Shown here one piece after another: positions 1-11,679 of a stretch of 32,000 bases of DNA. This stretch comes from Wallemia ichthyophaga EXF-994. Its lineage: Eukaryota; Fungi; Basidiomycota. Made by a program: the position numbers and the translations under genes. Position 1 is the stretch's first letter. Every line of letters begins with the position of its first letter. The notes beneath the pieces were generated by a model. The model saw nothing but the letters and a program-made list of their open reading frames with translations, did not search any database and was not told where the DNA came from. The DNA lies in contig NW_008806286.1 in the NCBI RefSeq assembly GCF_000400465.1, positions 53,865 through 85,864 of the forward strand, given 5' to 3'.

Positions 1-3
1 ATC

Positions 4-1657
4 ATGACTGCTGCTGTGATTGGATTAAACTTTGGGACTGGATACAGCTCGATTGGCGTTGTCAACAAGGTGGATAGAGCGTGTCGATAACCCTATTCCC
101 CACTCACTCCCTCCCCAGAAAGGTTTCGCTGATTGCATCGCCAACGAAGACGGTCAGCGCCAAATCGCGTCTGCATTGGCATTCAACGGCGAGGAGGAGT
201 ACGTCGGCAACCAAGCAAAGCCACAGCTCGTGCGGAACTACAAGAACACCTTCACCGGCTTTAGGAATCTTCTCGGCGAGGAGTTTACAGAGAACATCCC
301 CCAGCCACTCCTCAGCGCACCCGTCACCAACATCAACGGCATCCCTTCCTACTCCTTCCACGCCCACGGCAAAGATTCCTCCCTCTCCGTCAAAGACGTT
401 TCCGTGAAGTTTTTACAATCCCTAGCTAAATCCGCCGAGGAGTACATGGGCAAGCCTATTGACGGTGCTGTTATGTCTGTGCCACACTCCTGGTCCCAGC
501 ACAAACGCAATGCCCTCTCCGAGGCTGCCAAGGCCGCCAACATCCCCCTCCTCGACCTCATCGACGACTGGGCGGCTGGTATGTCAGCGTACAATGAGGT
601 TCTTGGCGCTGCCGACTCCAATGTGTTAGTTGTCGATATGGGTGAGTACTCCACCGCCGTCACCACCGTCGCCGCCCGCCAAGGTCTTTTCACTCCATTG
701 TCTCACCTCAGCGACGCCTCCACCGGTGGCCAGCAGCTCGACCACGCGCTCGTCGCACACTTTGCCAAGGAGTTCACCAAGCAGACCAAGATCGCCGTGC
801 CTACGCAGTTCTCCGCAGACCTCAGCGAGAACGACAGAAGGGCGCTTGTGAAGCTCTCCCTCGCGTGCGAGCAGACTAAGCGCTCGCTCACGGCGTCCAA
901 CTCGGCCGGCATAGCCATTGAGTCGCTCAAAGACGGTGCTGATCTCAGCTCGCAAGTGAACAGACTGCGTTTCGGAATTCTCGCAAGCAAGACATTCCAC
1001 GCCGTCGGTGCACTTGCGGAGAAGGCAGTGAAAGCGGCGGAGCTGGAGAGTGAGCATATTGACAAGATTGTGCTCATCGGTGGCTCCTCGTCTCTGCCTT
1101 CCCTCACCAATGTCCTCGCTGGCATCTTCCAAAATGCTGAGATTCTCTCGTCGGTCGATCCCGACCAGGCTATCGCTAAGGGCGCTGCTATACAGGCGCA
1201 GCTGCTGGCTGCTAGAGACGTCCCAGACCTGCCCTCAGCCACGACGGAGATGACCGTCAATGTCACACCCCACCCTATTGTGCTTGCTGGAGAGGGCGAC
1301 GAGAACGCTGTCGTCGTCGCTAAAGACACGCCTTTGCCTGCGCGCAGAATTGTCGCCATCAACCCCCCTCATGGTAAGGACAGCGCCGTGCTCGAGCTCT
1401 ACCAAGCCAAGAATGAGATTAAGGTGGTCGCTCCTCCCCCACGCGAGAAGACGGACGATAGCGAGGATGAAGAGGACGACGAGCCTGAGCGCATCCCCGT
1501 CGTCGTGCGCTCTAACAAGATCGCCAGCCTTCAAGTGGCTGTCAAGGGAGACGCCCCTATCATTCTCACCGTCGTCGTCCTCGATAATGCCAGCGTCGAG
1601 ATCAAGGCTGCCCAAGATGGTCAGTCGCCCGTTACGGCCACTGTGCAGGCGCCATAA
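4..1657 (+). CDS. SSZ1: Hsp70-family ribosome-associated complex subunit Ssz1 (2 exons; intron 70-118)
   Basis: ATG at 4 gives MTAAVIGLNFGTGYSSIGVVNK. A 49-nt GT..AG intron joins it in frame to KGFADCIANEDGQRQIASA. Hsp70 ATPase-domain motifs (VLVVDMG, IVLIGGSS, DPDQAIAKGAA) are followed by a shortened substrate-binding domain with an acidic insert, typical of Ssz1. Confidence 0.9.
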
Positions 1658-1760
1658 GGAGGTTGTAAACAAGGCATAAAGAAGGCGTGAAAGGGCATAA
1701 CGTGTATTGTTTTACTGTTTAGATAAATCTATTTACCTGTCTCGTCTAACGCGCGGATCA

Positions 1761-1780
1761 GTGCACCGTGCACGGTGCAC
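1761..1780. repeat. Perfect 20-bp palindrome GTGCACCGTGCACGGTGCAC
   Basis: The sequence equals its own reverse complement. It abuts the ETR1 stop codon (1781-1783) between convergent genes. Confidence 0.95.
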
Positions 1781-2938
1781 CTAGCTATCCTCCATCTCAA
1801 ACAGTATCTTCTTCCCGCCGTTAGCTTGAGCAGCGAGGGCGTCGCGGAGGGTTTGCGTGGCCTGCTGGTCAGTTTGGTGGCCGCCGATGGAGACGATCTG
1901 GTGGGGAGGTTCTGTGAGCTGTGAGCGGTGTGAGTTAGTGATTGAGCTGGATAAGCGCATACCCACGCTACCACTCTCAATGAGTTGGATTATTTCCCCC
2001 GCAATCGCACTGCGCTCCTCAGCCGAGCTCTTTGCATACCATTTCGACATCCAGAACCCGACGCTCTTGATATCCTTGAATATGAGCAGACCTGGGGGAA
2101 TGCACAGCGGCTTCTTCGACATGGCGCCGTACGTGACGAGATGTGCGCCCTCGCTGAGTGTCTTGGCCACCTCCGTCGTTTCCTGCCCGCCCACGCAGTT
2201 GAGGAAGAGAGGGAGATCCGACTGAGTCCAGTTGGCGATGAGCGAGCGTACGCGCTTGCTATCGCGCACCACCTCCTCATTCGTGAGTACATGCGTAGCG
2301 CCCAACGCCTTGAGCTCCTCTTTAACTGCGTCAGTCTGCTGCTGTGTGCGGCGCTCTCTGACCAGATTGACAGTGTGGACGCCCATCGCGCGTGCTATCT
2401 GTATGACAGCCCTGCCGACGCCCGAAGTAGCCCCGGTCTGCACGACCCAGCTGGAGCGGCTGAGGCGGGTGAAGTCGCGCAGCATCCGCAGGGCTGTGGG
2501 CGGGTTGATAGCGAGCGTGGCAGCGTGCACCGGCGTCAGTGCGGGCGAGGCCGGCAGTTTGGTGACAGACGCAGCATCGAGCAGCGCACTCGACCGCCAC
2601 GTCCCAAGCTGACTGCGGCCCATGACCACCCAATCGGACGGACGCAGCGACCTTACTCCCTCGCCCACCGCTTCTACGCGCCCCACTCCCTCCGTGCCGC
2701 ACAGACTGTGCGCTGTGCCGTCTACCTCTACGCTTGGCGCACGCGCTGGGTACACCCCCTCCACTACATTCATATCGGCCGGGTTTGCTGGGGAGAGCAG
2801 GAATTTAACACGGATTTGCCCAGTTGTTGGCGCTGCTAGTGTTGGTAGTGTCTTCACGCGCAGGACTGAAGCTGGCGCGCCTTTCTCTGTATACGTGATG
2901 GCGCGCGGTTGCAGCATTCGCAGAAATGATGTTCGCAT
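1781..2938 (-). CDS. ETR1: Mitochondrial trans-2-enoyl-thioester reductase (MECR/Etr1, MDR family); probable in-frame intron 1919-1966
   Basis: SPANPADMNVVEGVY, GTEGVG, TLAINPPTALRML, VHTVNLVRER, LFLNCVGG, HLVTYGAMSK and GFWMSKW motifs. Likely start MRTSFLRML (presequence-like) at 2938. The 48-nt intron has a GTGGGT donor, CTAAC branch point and CAG acceptor. Confidence 0.9.
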   Translation of the reverse strand: MRTSFLRMLQPRAITYTEKGAPASVLRVKTLPTLAAPTTGQIRVKFLLSPANPADMNVVEGVYPARAPSVEVDGTAHSLCGTEGVGRVEAVGEGVRSLRPSDWVVMGRSQLGTWRSSALLDAASVTKLPASPALTPVHAATLAINPPTALRMLRDFTRLSRSSWVVQTGATSGVGRAVIQIARAMGVHTVNLVRERRTQQQTDAVKEELKALGATHVLTNEEVVRDSKRVRSLIANWTQSDLPLFLNCVGGQETTEVAKTLSEGAHLVTYGAMSKKPLCIPPGLLIFKDIKSVGFWMSKWYAKSSAEERSAIAGEIIQLIESGSVGMRLSSSITNSHRSQLTEPPHQIVSIGGHQTDQQATQTLRDALAAQANGGKKILFEMEDS

Positions 2939-3037
2939 ATCACTTGGATGATGTAGATGATGTCGAAGAGAATAGATAACCGAGGATACGTCATTTGGCG
3001 ATACAAGAAGATTTTCATCCTCTCGCTCAAGCACAGC

Positions 3038-3794
3038 CTACTTGTTGTGCCAGAGGAGAGTCTTTAGGCTGGACCAATAGTTAGAGTCTGTTTATGAGTG
3101 TTAGTTAGGTGCAATTCTTCACTTGACTGCTCTTGGTAGCCACACAACAGCCACACAACAGCCACAAAACCCACCTAGATACAGATACTGCATCGAGTTG
3201 ACCATTCCTGACTGCAGCGTTTGTCTGCGAGTCTTTGAGTGGAAGAGATACACCGCTGAACCCCACGTGAGGGTAGCGAGAAGAGAGAAAGCGGTAGAAT
3301 TTGGAGGGTGCGGCTTGCCCAGAGCAACCGTTTCAGGCGTAGGCTGGCGAGGAATGAACGACGCTACAACACGCGACAAGACGTAAAGCATCATTTGCTC
3401 ATTCACCGCGTTACGTTCTGAGAAGACGGCATATCCGGCGACGAGACCGGCAAAGAGAGTGTCTAAATCACGGGGAACACCGCCATTGAGACGTTTCTGG
3501 ACTATAGCAGTGGCCTTGAAGATAGCTACGAATTTCGCCAGATTCGTGCTGTGTTGCTTGGTGGCGCGGTATATAGCCGTCAACTTACTGCGCAGGTCTC
3601 CGCGGCCGAAGAGAAAGGTCATGACTAGTGCATGTGGAAATCTGATCTTGGCTGTGGCTCCGTTGTTAGCGTGGATCGTTGCTAGTAACTCTCCCCCGCC
3701 CACCGCCATAGACGAACCCGTTGCGTGCTCCTTTGATCACACTCAACAGCGGCTGATACGCTGGGTTGCACACGATCGCGTTGATGTCTTCCAT
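3038..3794 (-). CDS. PXMP4: Peroxisomal membrane protein 4 (PXMP4/PMP24, Tim17 superfamily); introns 3652-3703 and 3088-3174
   Basis: Spliced product MEDINAIVCNPAYQPLLSVIKGARNGFVYG|AKIRFPHALVMTFLF ... MQYLYL|DSNYWSSLKTLLWHNK* matches the fungal PMP4 pattern at both ends. Both introns have canonical splice signals. Confidence 0.88.
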
Positions 3795-3900
3795 CGGCGT
3801 GAGTTTTTGGTGGTAAGTGAAGAGGAGTAATGTGCCGAATAGCCGGTGGAAAATGAAGAAAGAAAGACATTTATAAGAAAGTACTTTATCTTACACCCCC

Positions 3901-4989
3901 TTAAACACTCTCAATCGCAGCTGGGAATTTTATACCCGCTTGGCTGCGTATGTCGTCGAGCAACTCGGCAGATAAGACACTGTCATCCCAAGGCACGCGC
4001 TGAGATTGAGATTCACCGGCAGCAATCAGCCTAGCCATCTCATCGGCCTCCCAGTGCATTCCGTGGTGGGGGATTGGGTGGTGGTACGTGGTAGTCTTCC
4101 TTTGCTGATCATCTGGATTGGGATTGGTGGTGTCCCTCAGGCGAATCTCGTAGGATAAGGGTCTGGATAGTGGGAGATCATTCACTACCAACTCACCGTG
4201 TGTACCGCGTACAACAAGCGTCGAAATAGACCCAACGTTGATATTCGAAGACAAAACAGCATCTGCGTCGATACCTGGGAATTTCAACAATGCAGTGGTC
4301 ATTTCGTCAACGCCATATTGGTTTTTGATACACGTTGCGCCCCTGACACTAGGCTTGCAGAGTTTGTTGGCTGGATGGTAGAATAACACGGAAAACACCC
4401 AGATAAGCGGGTATGGCATGAGATCCATGATGCTACCGCCGCCGAGATTGAGATTGAAAATGCGGTGGTCGCTGCTCACACCAGTAAAAGTCTGTCCGAA
4501 ATCAGCGTGTACCTGCTTGACGTCACCAATAACACCACTGTGCACCTTATTCTCAATTTCCTTTAGCATCGGGAAGAATCTCGTCCACTTGGCTTCCATT
4601 AGAGTGAGGTGCTTCTGTTGAGCTAGCTGGGCTAGTGCGCGCATCTGGTCAGCTGTGATTACCGCGGGTTTCTCCACGAGGACGTGCTTGCCGGCGTGGA
4701 GGGCGTCGCGGGCGTTGTGGTAGTGGTGTGAGTGCGGTGTGCCAATGTAAACAACAGTGACATTGGGATCGTTGTAGACACCCTCGTAGGATGAATACGC
4801 TGTGGCGGATGAAGCACCAACTCTTTCAAGGAAATCTCGGGCTTTCTTGTCGGATGAAGAGCCAGCGGCTACGAGTTTGTGGTTTACATCACTAACACCT
4901 CTATCCAAAGGATTTGTGAGTAAATCACGTGCAAATGTCTCTGAGATTCCACCTAAGCCTACGATACCAAAGTTTAGAGTAAATGTCAT
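3901..4989 (-). CDS. Gfo/Idh/MocA oxidoreductase (dihydrodiol dehydrogenase / D-xylose 1-dehydrogenase-like)
   Basis: Intronless 362-aa ORF with FGIVGLGGIS Rossmann motif, VYIGTPHSHHY, GKHVLVEKP, LMEAKWTRFFP and LGGGSIMDL. Confidence 0.88.
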   Translation of the reverse strand: MTFTLNFGIVGLGGISETFARDLLTNPLDRGVSDVNHKLVAAGSSSDKKARDFLERVGASSATAYSSYEGVYNDPNVTVVYIGTPHSHHYHNARDALHAGKHVLVEKPAVITADQMRALAQLAQQKHLTLMEAKWTRFFPMLKEIENKVHSGVIGDVKQVHADFGQTFTGVSSDHRIFNLNLGGGSIMDLMPYPLIWVFSVLFYHPANKLCKPSVRGATCIKNQYGVDEMTTALLKFPGIDADAVLSSNINVGSISTLVVRGTHGELVVNDLPLSRPLSYEIRLRDTTNPNPDDQQRKTTTYHHPIPHHGMHWEADEMARLIAAGESQSQRVPWDDSVLSAELLDDIRSQAGIKFPAAIESV

Positions 4990-5238
4990 TAATAAGCTTG
5001 AAGATGAAGATAGTTGTTGATGTTGTTTGCTGCCCTTAAAAAGTCAATTTAACCGATACAGCAATATACGTCATCATGTGATAGTCCATCAACTAAACAC
5101 CTACAATATCGGGCATCGTTTCTAGCGGATTATAATTGAAATATAGGTTTATTGAATTTTTTCACTCTAAGCATTATTTAAAGGAAATATACGTCATTCT
5201 TAGGTTATCTCCAAACCAACTCAATTACTTCAACTCAA

Positions 5239-6548
<1,310 letters not shown>

Positions 6549-6832
6549 TCTTAGGTATTGAATCTTGTAATCTAAACGAAATTAAAGATGAAGTGTATGA
6601 ATCTACAATGACGGAGTTTATTCGGCCAACAGAAGGTTTAATAATTTGATTTTCCTAAGTCAGTTCGTTATAAGGATAAATACTTGAAATAAAACTATTA
6701 AAGTCATTTGAGCTACTTAAAATTTAAAATTCTAGATCTTTGTACCTTAATTCCTAATCGAGATTGATGACACCTTATTGAGTTTTTGACAGCTATTCAG
6801 TTGGAGGACCAAGGCCATCACGGAACACAGAA

Positions 6833-8580
6833 ATGAACAAGTGGAATGAGTTGCACAAACGGAGAAAAATAAACAGCAGCCTGATACCCAGTATAAATAT
6901 AAATACCATCCTTGATTTGGATTTACTTGCTATTCTCAACAACCCTAGCTTAAGGCATGAAATTATCAACTCAAAGAGCCTGCAGTTCAAATCACTTAAC
7001 AAGCAGCAAAGCTACAAGACTTATCAGTATTGGTTGGATATCCACACTGAATTGAACTTTGGCTGTGATTCTTATTGCAGATTACCAATTCTTATTAGAA
7101 ACATCAGAGACATTCTAGTAAATCTACTTGAATCTTCAAATAAGCAAGACAGTCTGTTTATTTACAAACTCTTAAATCCTCAAGAGATCCTCGATAAGCT
7201 CCAAACCAATAACATCAACTTACATTCCTTATTTAGCGTTATTGGTGATGTCCTTAAGAAGCACTGTGCTCCTATAAGAGATGCTGAGATTGAGCTATTC
7301 ATACACACCTCCTTACACGACACAACTAAGTCCCTTGAATTATTCCTCCAGCTTCTTGAAGTTATGAAGATTGTGGGTATTTGATCACATTTGATCACAT
7401 TATAAACATCCCTAACACTCCCCAGGACATCCTCAACCACCAACTCATCGCCCACCGTCCACTCATCGTGCAATCAGCCATCGATATTGAATTCCAGTCG
7501 TTCGATTCAATGAGCGCGGCCAACGAAATCTCTCTAGACTCCACCAGTCGATGGCTCCTACGTGCCAAGGAAGCCTCAGAAGCGCACTCCACAGTCAAGC
7601 AGATCTTCATCACAGCAACCCAGCAGCTTATTGAATCGTACAACCCAGAATCATCGATGGCTTTACCTGAAACGTTAAAGATCGATGGGAGCAAATTCGA
7701 GCAGGCGCAGCAGTATATTGACGACCTCACTCTTATGTCCCTCTTGCTCTTGCTCGCCAGACAGACATTGGCAGGATACACTGGGCACACGGGGAACGCA
7801 GCCACAGCCACATCCACTTCTGCAGTCAAGAATATACCCCAGTACACCATCAACGACTTGCATCAACTCAAAGCGCAACTATATGTTATCCTCAACGACG
7901 GCAAATTGCCCTCACCGCAAGTAAAGCAAGTCGTGCTATCAGACAACAGCGGCAAGCTGCTCCATTACAATGTTGTAGACTTGGTGTCTGCAAGTGTGCA
8001 AGTAAATGGTAATGAGAATGGTAGTGGTATTGGTATACTCAACAAGAATCTTAAAGACTCCGAATCGCACAGTATCACAATGGCTCTTGTGCATATCGCC
8101 CACTCCGTGCATCACAAACTCGGTATAGACAAGAGCGAGGTGTCGCCAGCGTTGCTAGACAGGCTTAGTGAATGGTATAAACACCACTACGACGGGAAGT
8201 CGAGTGTGTACCATCTCCTCAAGAAACGGTTGTATGATACCCTCAAGCAGCACTTGTGGATGGGTGTGGGAGGCGCGCAGGGTGCGCAAGGCATTCAGAG
8301 CATGCAGAACATTCCCTCCCCTCAACCCAGTCTCAACGATCCTTGCAACTGCGACGTGGCTTCTGTGGGTAGGAAGATGTCCAATCTTCTCGACTTCAAT
8401 TATAGAGTGTACGAGGCAGTCTATGCGCGCATTCTGTATACTCCAGTAGACTCCACCTCTCACTCCACACAGCAGCACCACACTGCGCATAAACATATCA
8501 CCAAGTCTCAATCGCATCACGATAGAACGGAACAAAAACAGGCTTTGCAATTATCTCAGAATCCCACTATACCCACTTAA
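6833..8580 (+). CDS. T-complex protein 11 (TCP11) / Sok1-like protein; intron 7373-7425
   Basis: LDLLAILNNPSLRHEI, LKKHCAPIRD and LEVMKI|DILNHQL resemble Sok1/TCP11 motifs. A 53-nt intron (GTGGGT..CTAAC..CAG) joins the two track ORFs in frame. The start codon is uncertain. Confidence 0.75.
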
Positions 8581-8891
8581 ACGTAAACTGAAACGTTAAA
8601 CCAAAGACAAACCCAAGTTTATGACTTTTATACTCCTTTTACTATTTTTCACTCTAGATTTTCTTGGAATTGGCATAACCCCTCTAGGAAGGACAAATAC
8701 TCATTTTTTTTTGCTCTCACTCAAATCCATACACACCGAAGTAACACACCAATTGTATCATTCTCAATTTATACATAAACCAGCGCATAACACAGCATAC
8801 CGTGTGAAAGGTAGTAAAATTATCAAGTGTGAGTACAAAATGGTTTAGTGATCCCAAAGAGAAAGTGTCCTTGTGTTGATTGATGATGGCT

Positions 8892-9251
8892 TTAAATTCT
8901 ATCGCCCACAATAGCCATAGCGGACATTCTAGCAAGTTTGCGTGTATCTGCAAGCTGTGTAGGAGTCAAAGAGTATCTGCCGACGAGGTCGTCTACCTCT
9001 CTCCTACTGAATGCTGAGAGAAGACTCCTTCTGCTGTAGATATCGCCTGGCTTGTTGGCGAGTGCATCGAACGCCACCATGGATTTGTACGATGCTGCTT
9101 GAGCGAGCATCTGCGGAGACGTCTGAGCAACCTTTGCAGTTCCGTATATGTTGTTGTAAGCTTGTCTACACACATTGGTATGTCAGCGCAAAAGTCTTCT
9201 CTTACGAAACAAAGACACTCGAACTCACAATGCAGAAACTGAAGGAATCAT
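8892..9251 (-). CDS. Divergent CipC-like (DUF3759-type) small protein, 98 aa; intron 9166-9228
   Basis: Spliced MIPSVSALQAYNNIYG...SPQMLAQAASYKSMVAFD...RRSLLSAFSRREVDDLVGRYSL. By eye this aligns with the CipC pattern SHELIAGAASF.xMKAxE / AKELLAGFAxAEVDxLVETKGL. The intron has a GTGAGT donor, CTGAC branch point and TAG acceptor. Confidence 0.65.
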
Positions 9252-9869
9252 TGAGATTTTCTTTCTTGTTTGAAGTTGGAGGTTTAATGTAAACGAATCA
9301 AAGAATTAAATCTTCTCCCCACACTTTTTTACCCCAGGATTTAAAACATGGCCTAAAACGGAAACTGAGCAGACGCGTTCCGTTTAGCGTTAGAATGGGC
9401 AATTATTATGGAAATGGGAAGCGGGTATGTTCCGTGTTGTGTGTTTTGCCGCCCAAATCGCACTTGGCTCTCCTCCGAAATTACTCTCTGCGGCGTCTAG
9501 CCGCTTACGCAAAGTTGACCAAATTTTTTCGGAATTCCACTCCGACGCCTGTACAATGAGCAGAGACGTTAGCCACTCTTCAATGACCGATAACCATGTT
9601 TCGGCGCAGTTTGCACCTTAATTTGCGATGTACGAAAAGGCGGAGTGATGATAACGAACAACAGCAAAAACCACAATTTCAATTCGCAATTGATGTATGT
9701 TACAAGTAGTAGGTGTTGTGGTGTGTATAATGTGGTGTGATTTGTATAATGTGCTGCGTAAATTTGTGTTCCATGAAAAGCGTTGCATAATTCCCAGTCA
9801 TACAGTCATACAGTCATACTATCGGTGCAGCAACAAAACCTATTGCAACTGCACACGAGGACGACATGT

Positions 9870-11539
9870 CTAAAATTCGTTCATAGTCATTCTCCTAAGC
9901 AGATTCAGTGAGCAAAACATCGCAGTCAACACTTAACTTCGACACACCTGAATGTATAGCCCATGAAAGCCAAGTCCTTGCTATCACCAGTAACGTCAGC
10001 TCCAGCGGGAGTTTCCGGCACAGACTCAAGCTCCTCCGTTGGGAAGTAGCTTGTGTCAGTAATGGAGCGGAGGTGGGGTACGAACGGAGCATCTATTTGT
10101 CTGATACAGCTCCAATCAACACCATCGAAGAAAGGATGCTGTTTAATTTCCGCCGCGTTGTTCCGCCCCAGTCTGTACTCAGGTGCGCACATCAACCTTC
10201 TCACCAAATCCTCCGCTTCAAATGAAAGTTGAACGTCGTCGGGGAAATAGAGATGTTCACGGTAATTGATGATTTTGCGATATGTCTCGTGTGCGCTCTC
10301 AGCGCAGAATGGAGGATAGCCCACGAGACATTCGAACATAATAGCTCCCAAACTCCACCAGTCGCATGAATGGTTGTAGCCTTGCTGCAGAAATATTTCA
10401 GGAGCGATGTAGTCAGGCGTTCCAACTGTCGAGTAGGCCAATTTGCGACGATTCGTCTTCCATGTCTGGATCTGGTCATGACGGGACATAGTCAAATTAA
10501 TTTTGTCGATCGCAACACTATTCCGCTCTTTCTTCCCTTCACCACCCTGGTCGAGCAGACGCTGGTAGTACTGCGCTGTGTGCTTCTTGTGAAAACCGGT
10601 ACTGAGGCCGAAATCGGTGAGCTTTACATGACCTTTTTTGTCAATGAGAATGTTGTCAGGCTTGATATCACGGTGAACAAAGCCGAGAGTGTGGACTGCC
10701 TCAATTGCTAGAACGCACTCTGCAATATAAAACCGGGTAACGTCCTCGCTGAAAGTATCATACTTAATCAGCATGGTCATTAAATCACCGCCCGGCAAGA
10801 ACTCCATGAGTAGGTAGAGATACTTTGCGTCTTGGAATGAGTAGTAAAGATTAACAACCCACGGCGACTTATTCTCAGCAAGTACATCACGTTCAGCACG
10901 TACATGTGCAAGTTGATCCTTCTTGAACATTTCACTCTTGAGGAGAGTTTTCATTGCGTAGATCTTTCCAGTGTCTTTCTTTTGCACCAGTCTCACCTCA
11001 CCAAATGCACCCTTTCCAATAACTTTAACGGTCTTGAAGTCATCCAGACCTATTTTTGTGCGACGGAGACGTACAAACGATGTCTCCTTCTCGCCCAGCC
11101 GCTCAAAAGCGATTTGTCGACGCTGCTGGATCTGTGCGAGCTCAGCTGGGGAGGATATATGATGACGGACTGCGTGTCTCTTCTCAGTCTCGATACGACG
11201 CTGATTGCGCTCAATAGCATGCTCAACAGCCATCTTGTAATGCTGCTCAAGGCGCATTTTAGCTGCTGTAGCTCTAGGTACGGCCTCGCGCGAGAAAAGG
11301 TGGGGCTCGCGCTTGAAGTAAACGTAATCAGCTGGTTTGTTCGAATGTGGATTTGAAGGAGCATTCTGGCGTGCATCCACACTCATCTGAGCCAAAGCAT
11401 TGGGAGATGTTATTCCACCGTCTGGTGAGTGCACCGTTGCGAATCTAGTTGGATGTGGTGCCTCATGAGTACCCATGTGTGGCGCTCCACCACCCCCATA
11501 TCTAGGTCTATAAGGTAGAGCCGCGTTGTATGATTGCAT
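9870..11539 (-). CDS. CBK1: NDR/LATS family Ser/Thr kinase Cbk1 (RAM pathway); intron 9895-9947
   Basis: [59 protein letters not shown] and hydrophobic motif LAFMGYTF|RRMTMNEF*. Likely start MQSYNAA at 11539. Confidence 0.95.
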
Positions 11540-11679
11540 TTTGTGTCTTCGCCGTCGCCGTCGCCGTCGCAAACAGAAGACGTTCAAGTGACATATAAAA
11601 CAGCCACGCACAGACAGGAAAAATATAAAAATTTATAAAGATTAATTAAAATAAATAAATCCTTCTCCTCTTATACAAA

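Noticed and set aside
626-1362. Long antisense ORFs (168 and 219 aa) over SSZ1
   Set aside because: Expected shadows of a GC-rich, codon-biased Hsp70-family CDS; no recognisable domain.
1985-2839. 284-aa alternative-frame ORF inside ETR1
   Set aside because: GC-rich region with few stops; Arg/Ala/His-rich nonsense composition and no motif.
3901-4989. Possible bacterial HGT of the intronless Gfo/Idh/MocA gene
   Set aside because: Several clearly native genes here are also intronless (RAD14, methyltransferase). The sequence resembles fungal dihydrodiol dehydrogenases, and no mobile context is present.
7373-7425. Apparent frameshift between overlapping ORFs 6833-7384 and 7381-8580
   Set aside because: Fully explained by a canonical 53-nt intron; no programmed frameshift is needed.
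9427-9621. 64-aa ORF, and fragments resembling U6 (GAGAAGATT) or U5 loop (GCCTTTT)
   Set aside because: No protein features. The snRNA matches are short and lack flanking conserved elements or a proper Sm site.
11540-11611. Poly-Arg N-terminal extension of CBK1 in the ORF track
   Set aside because: It derives from a (CGCCGT)n microsatellite behind a non-ATG start; MQSYNAA at 11539 is the plausible start.
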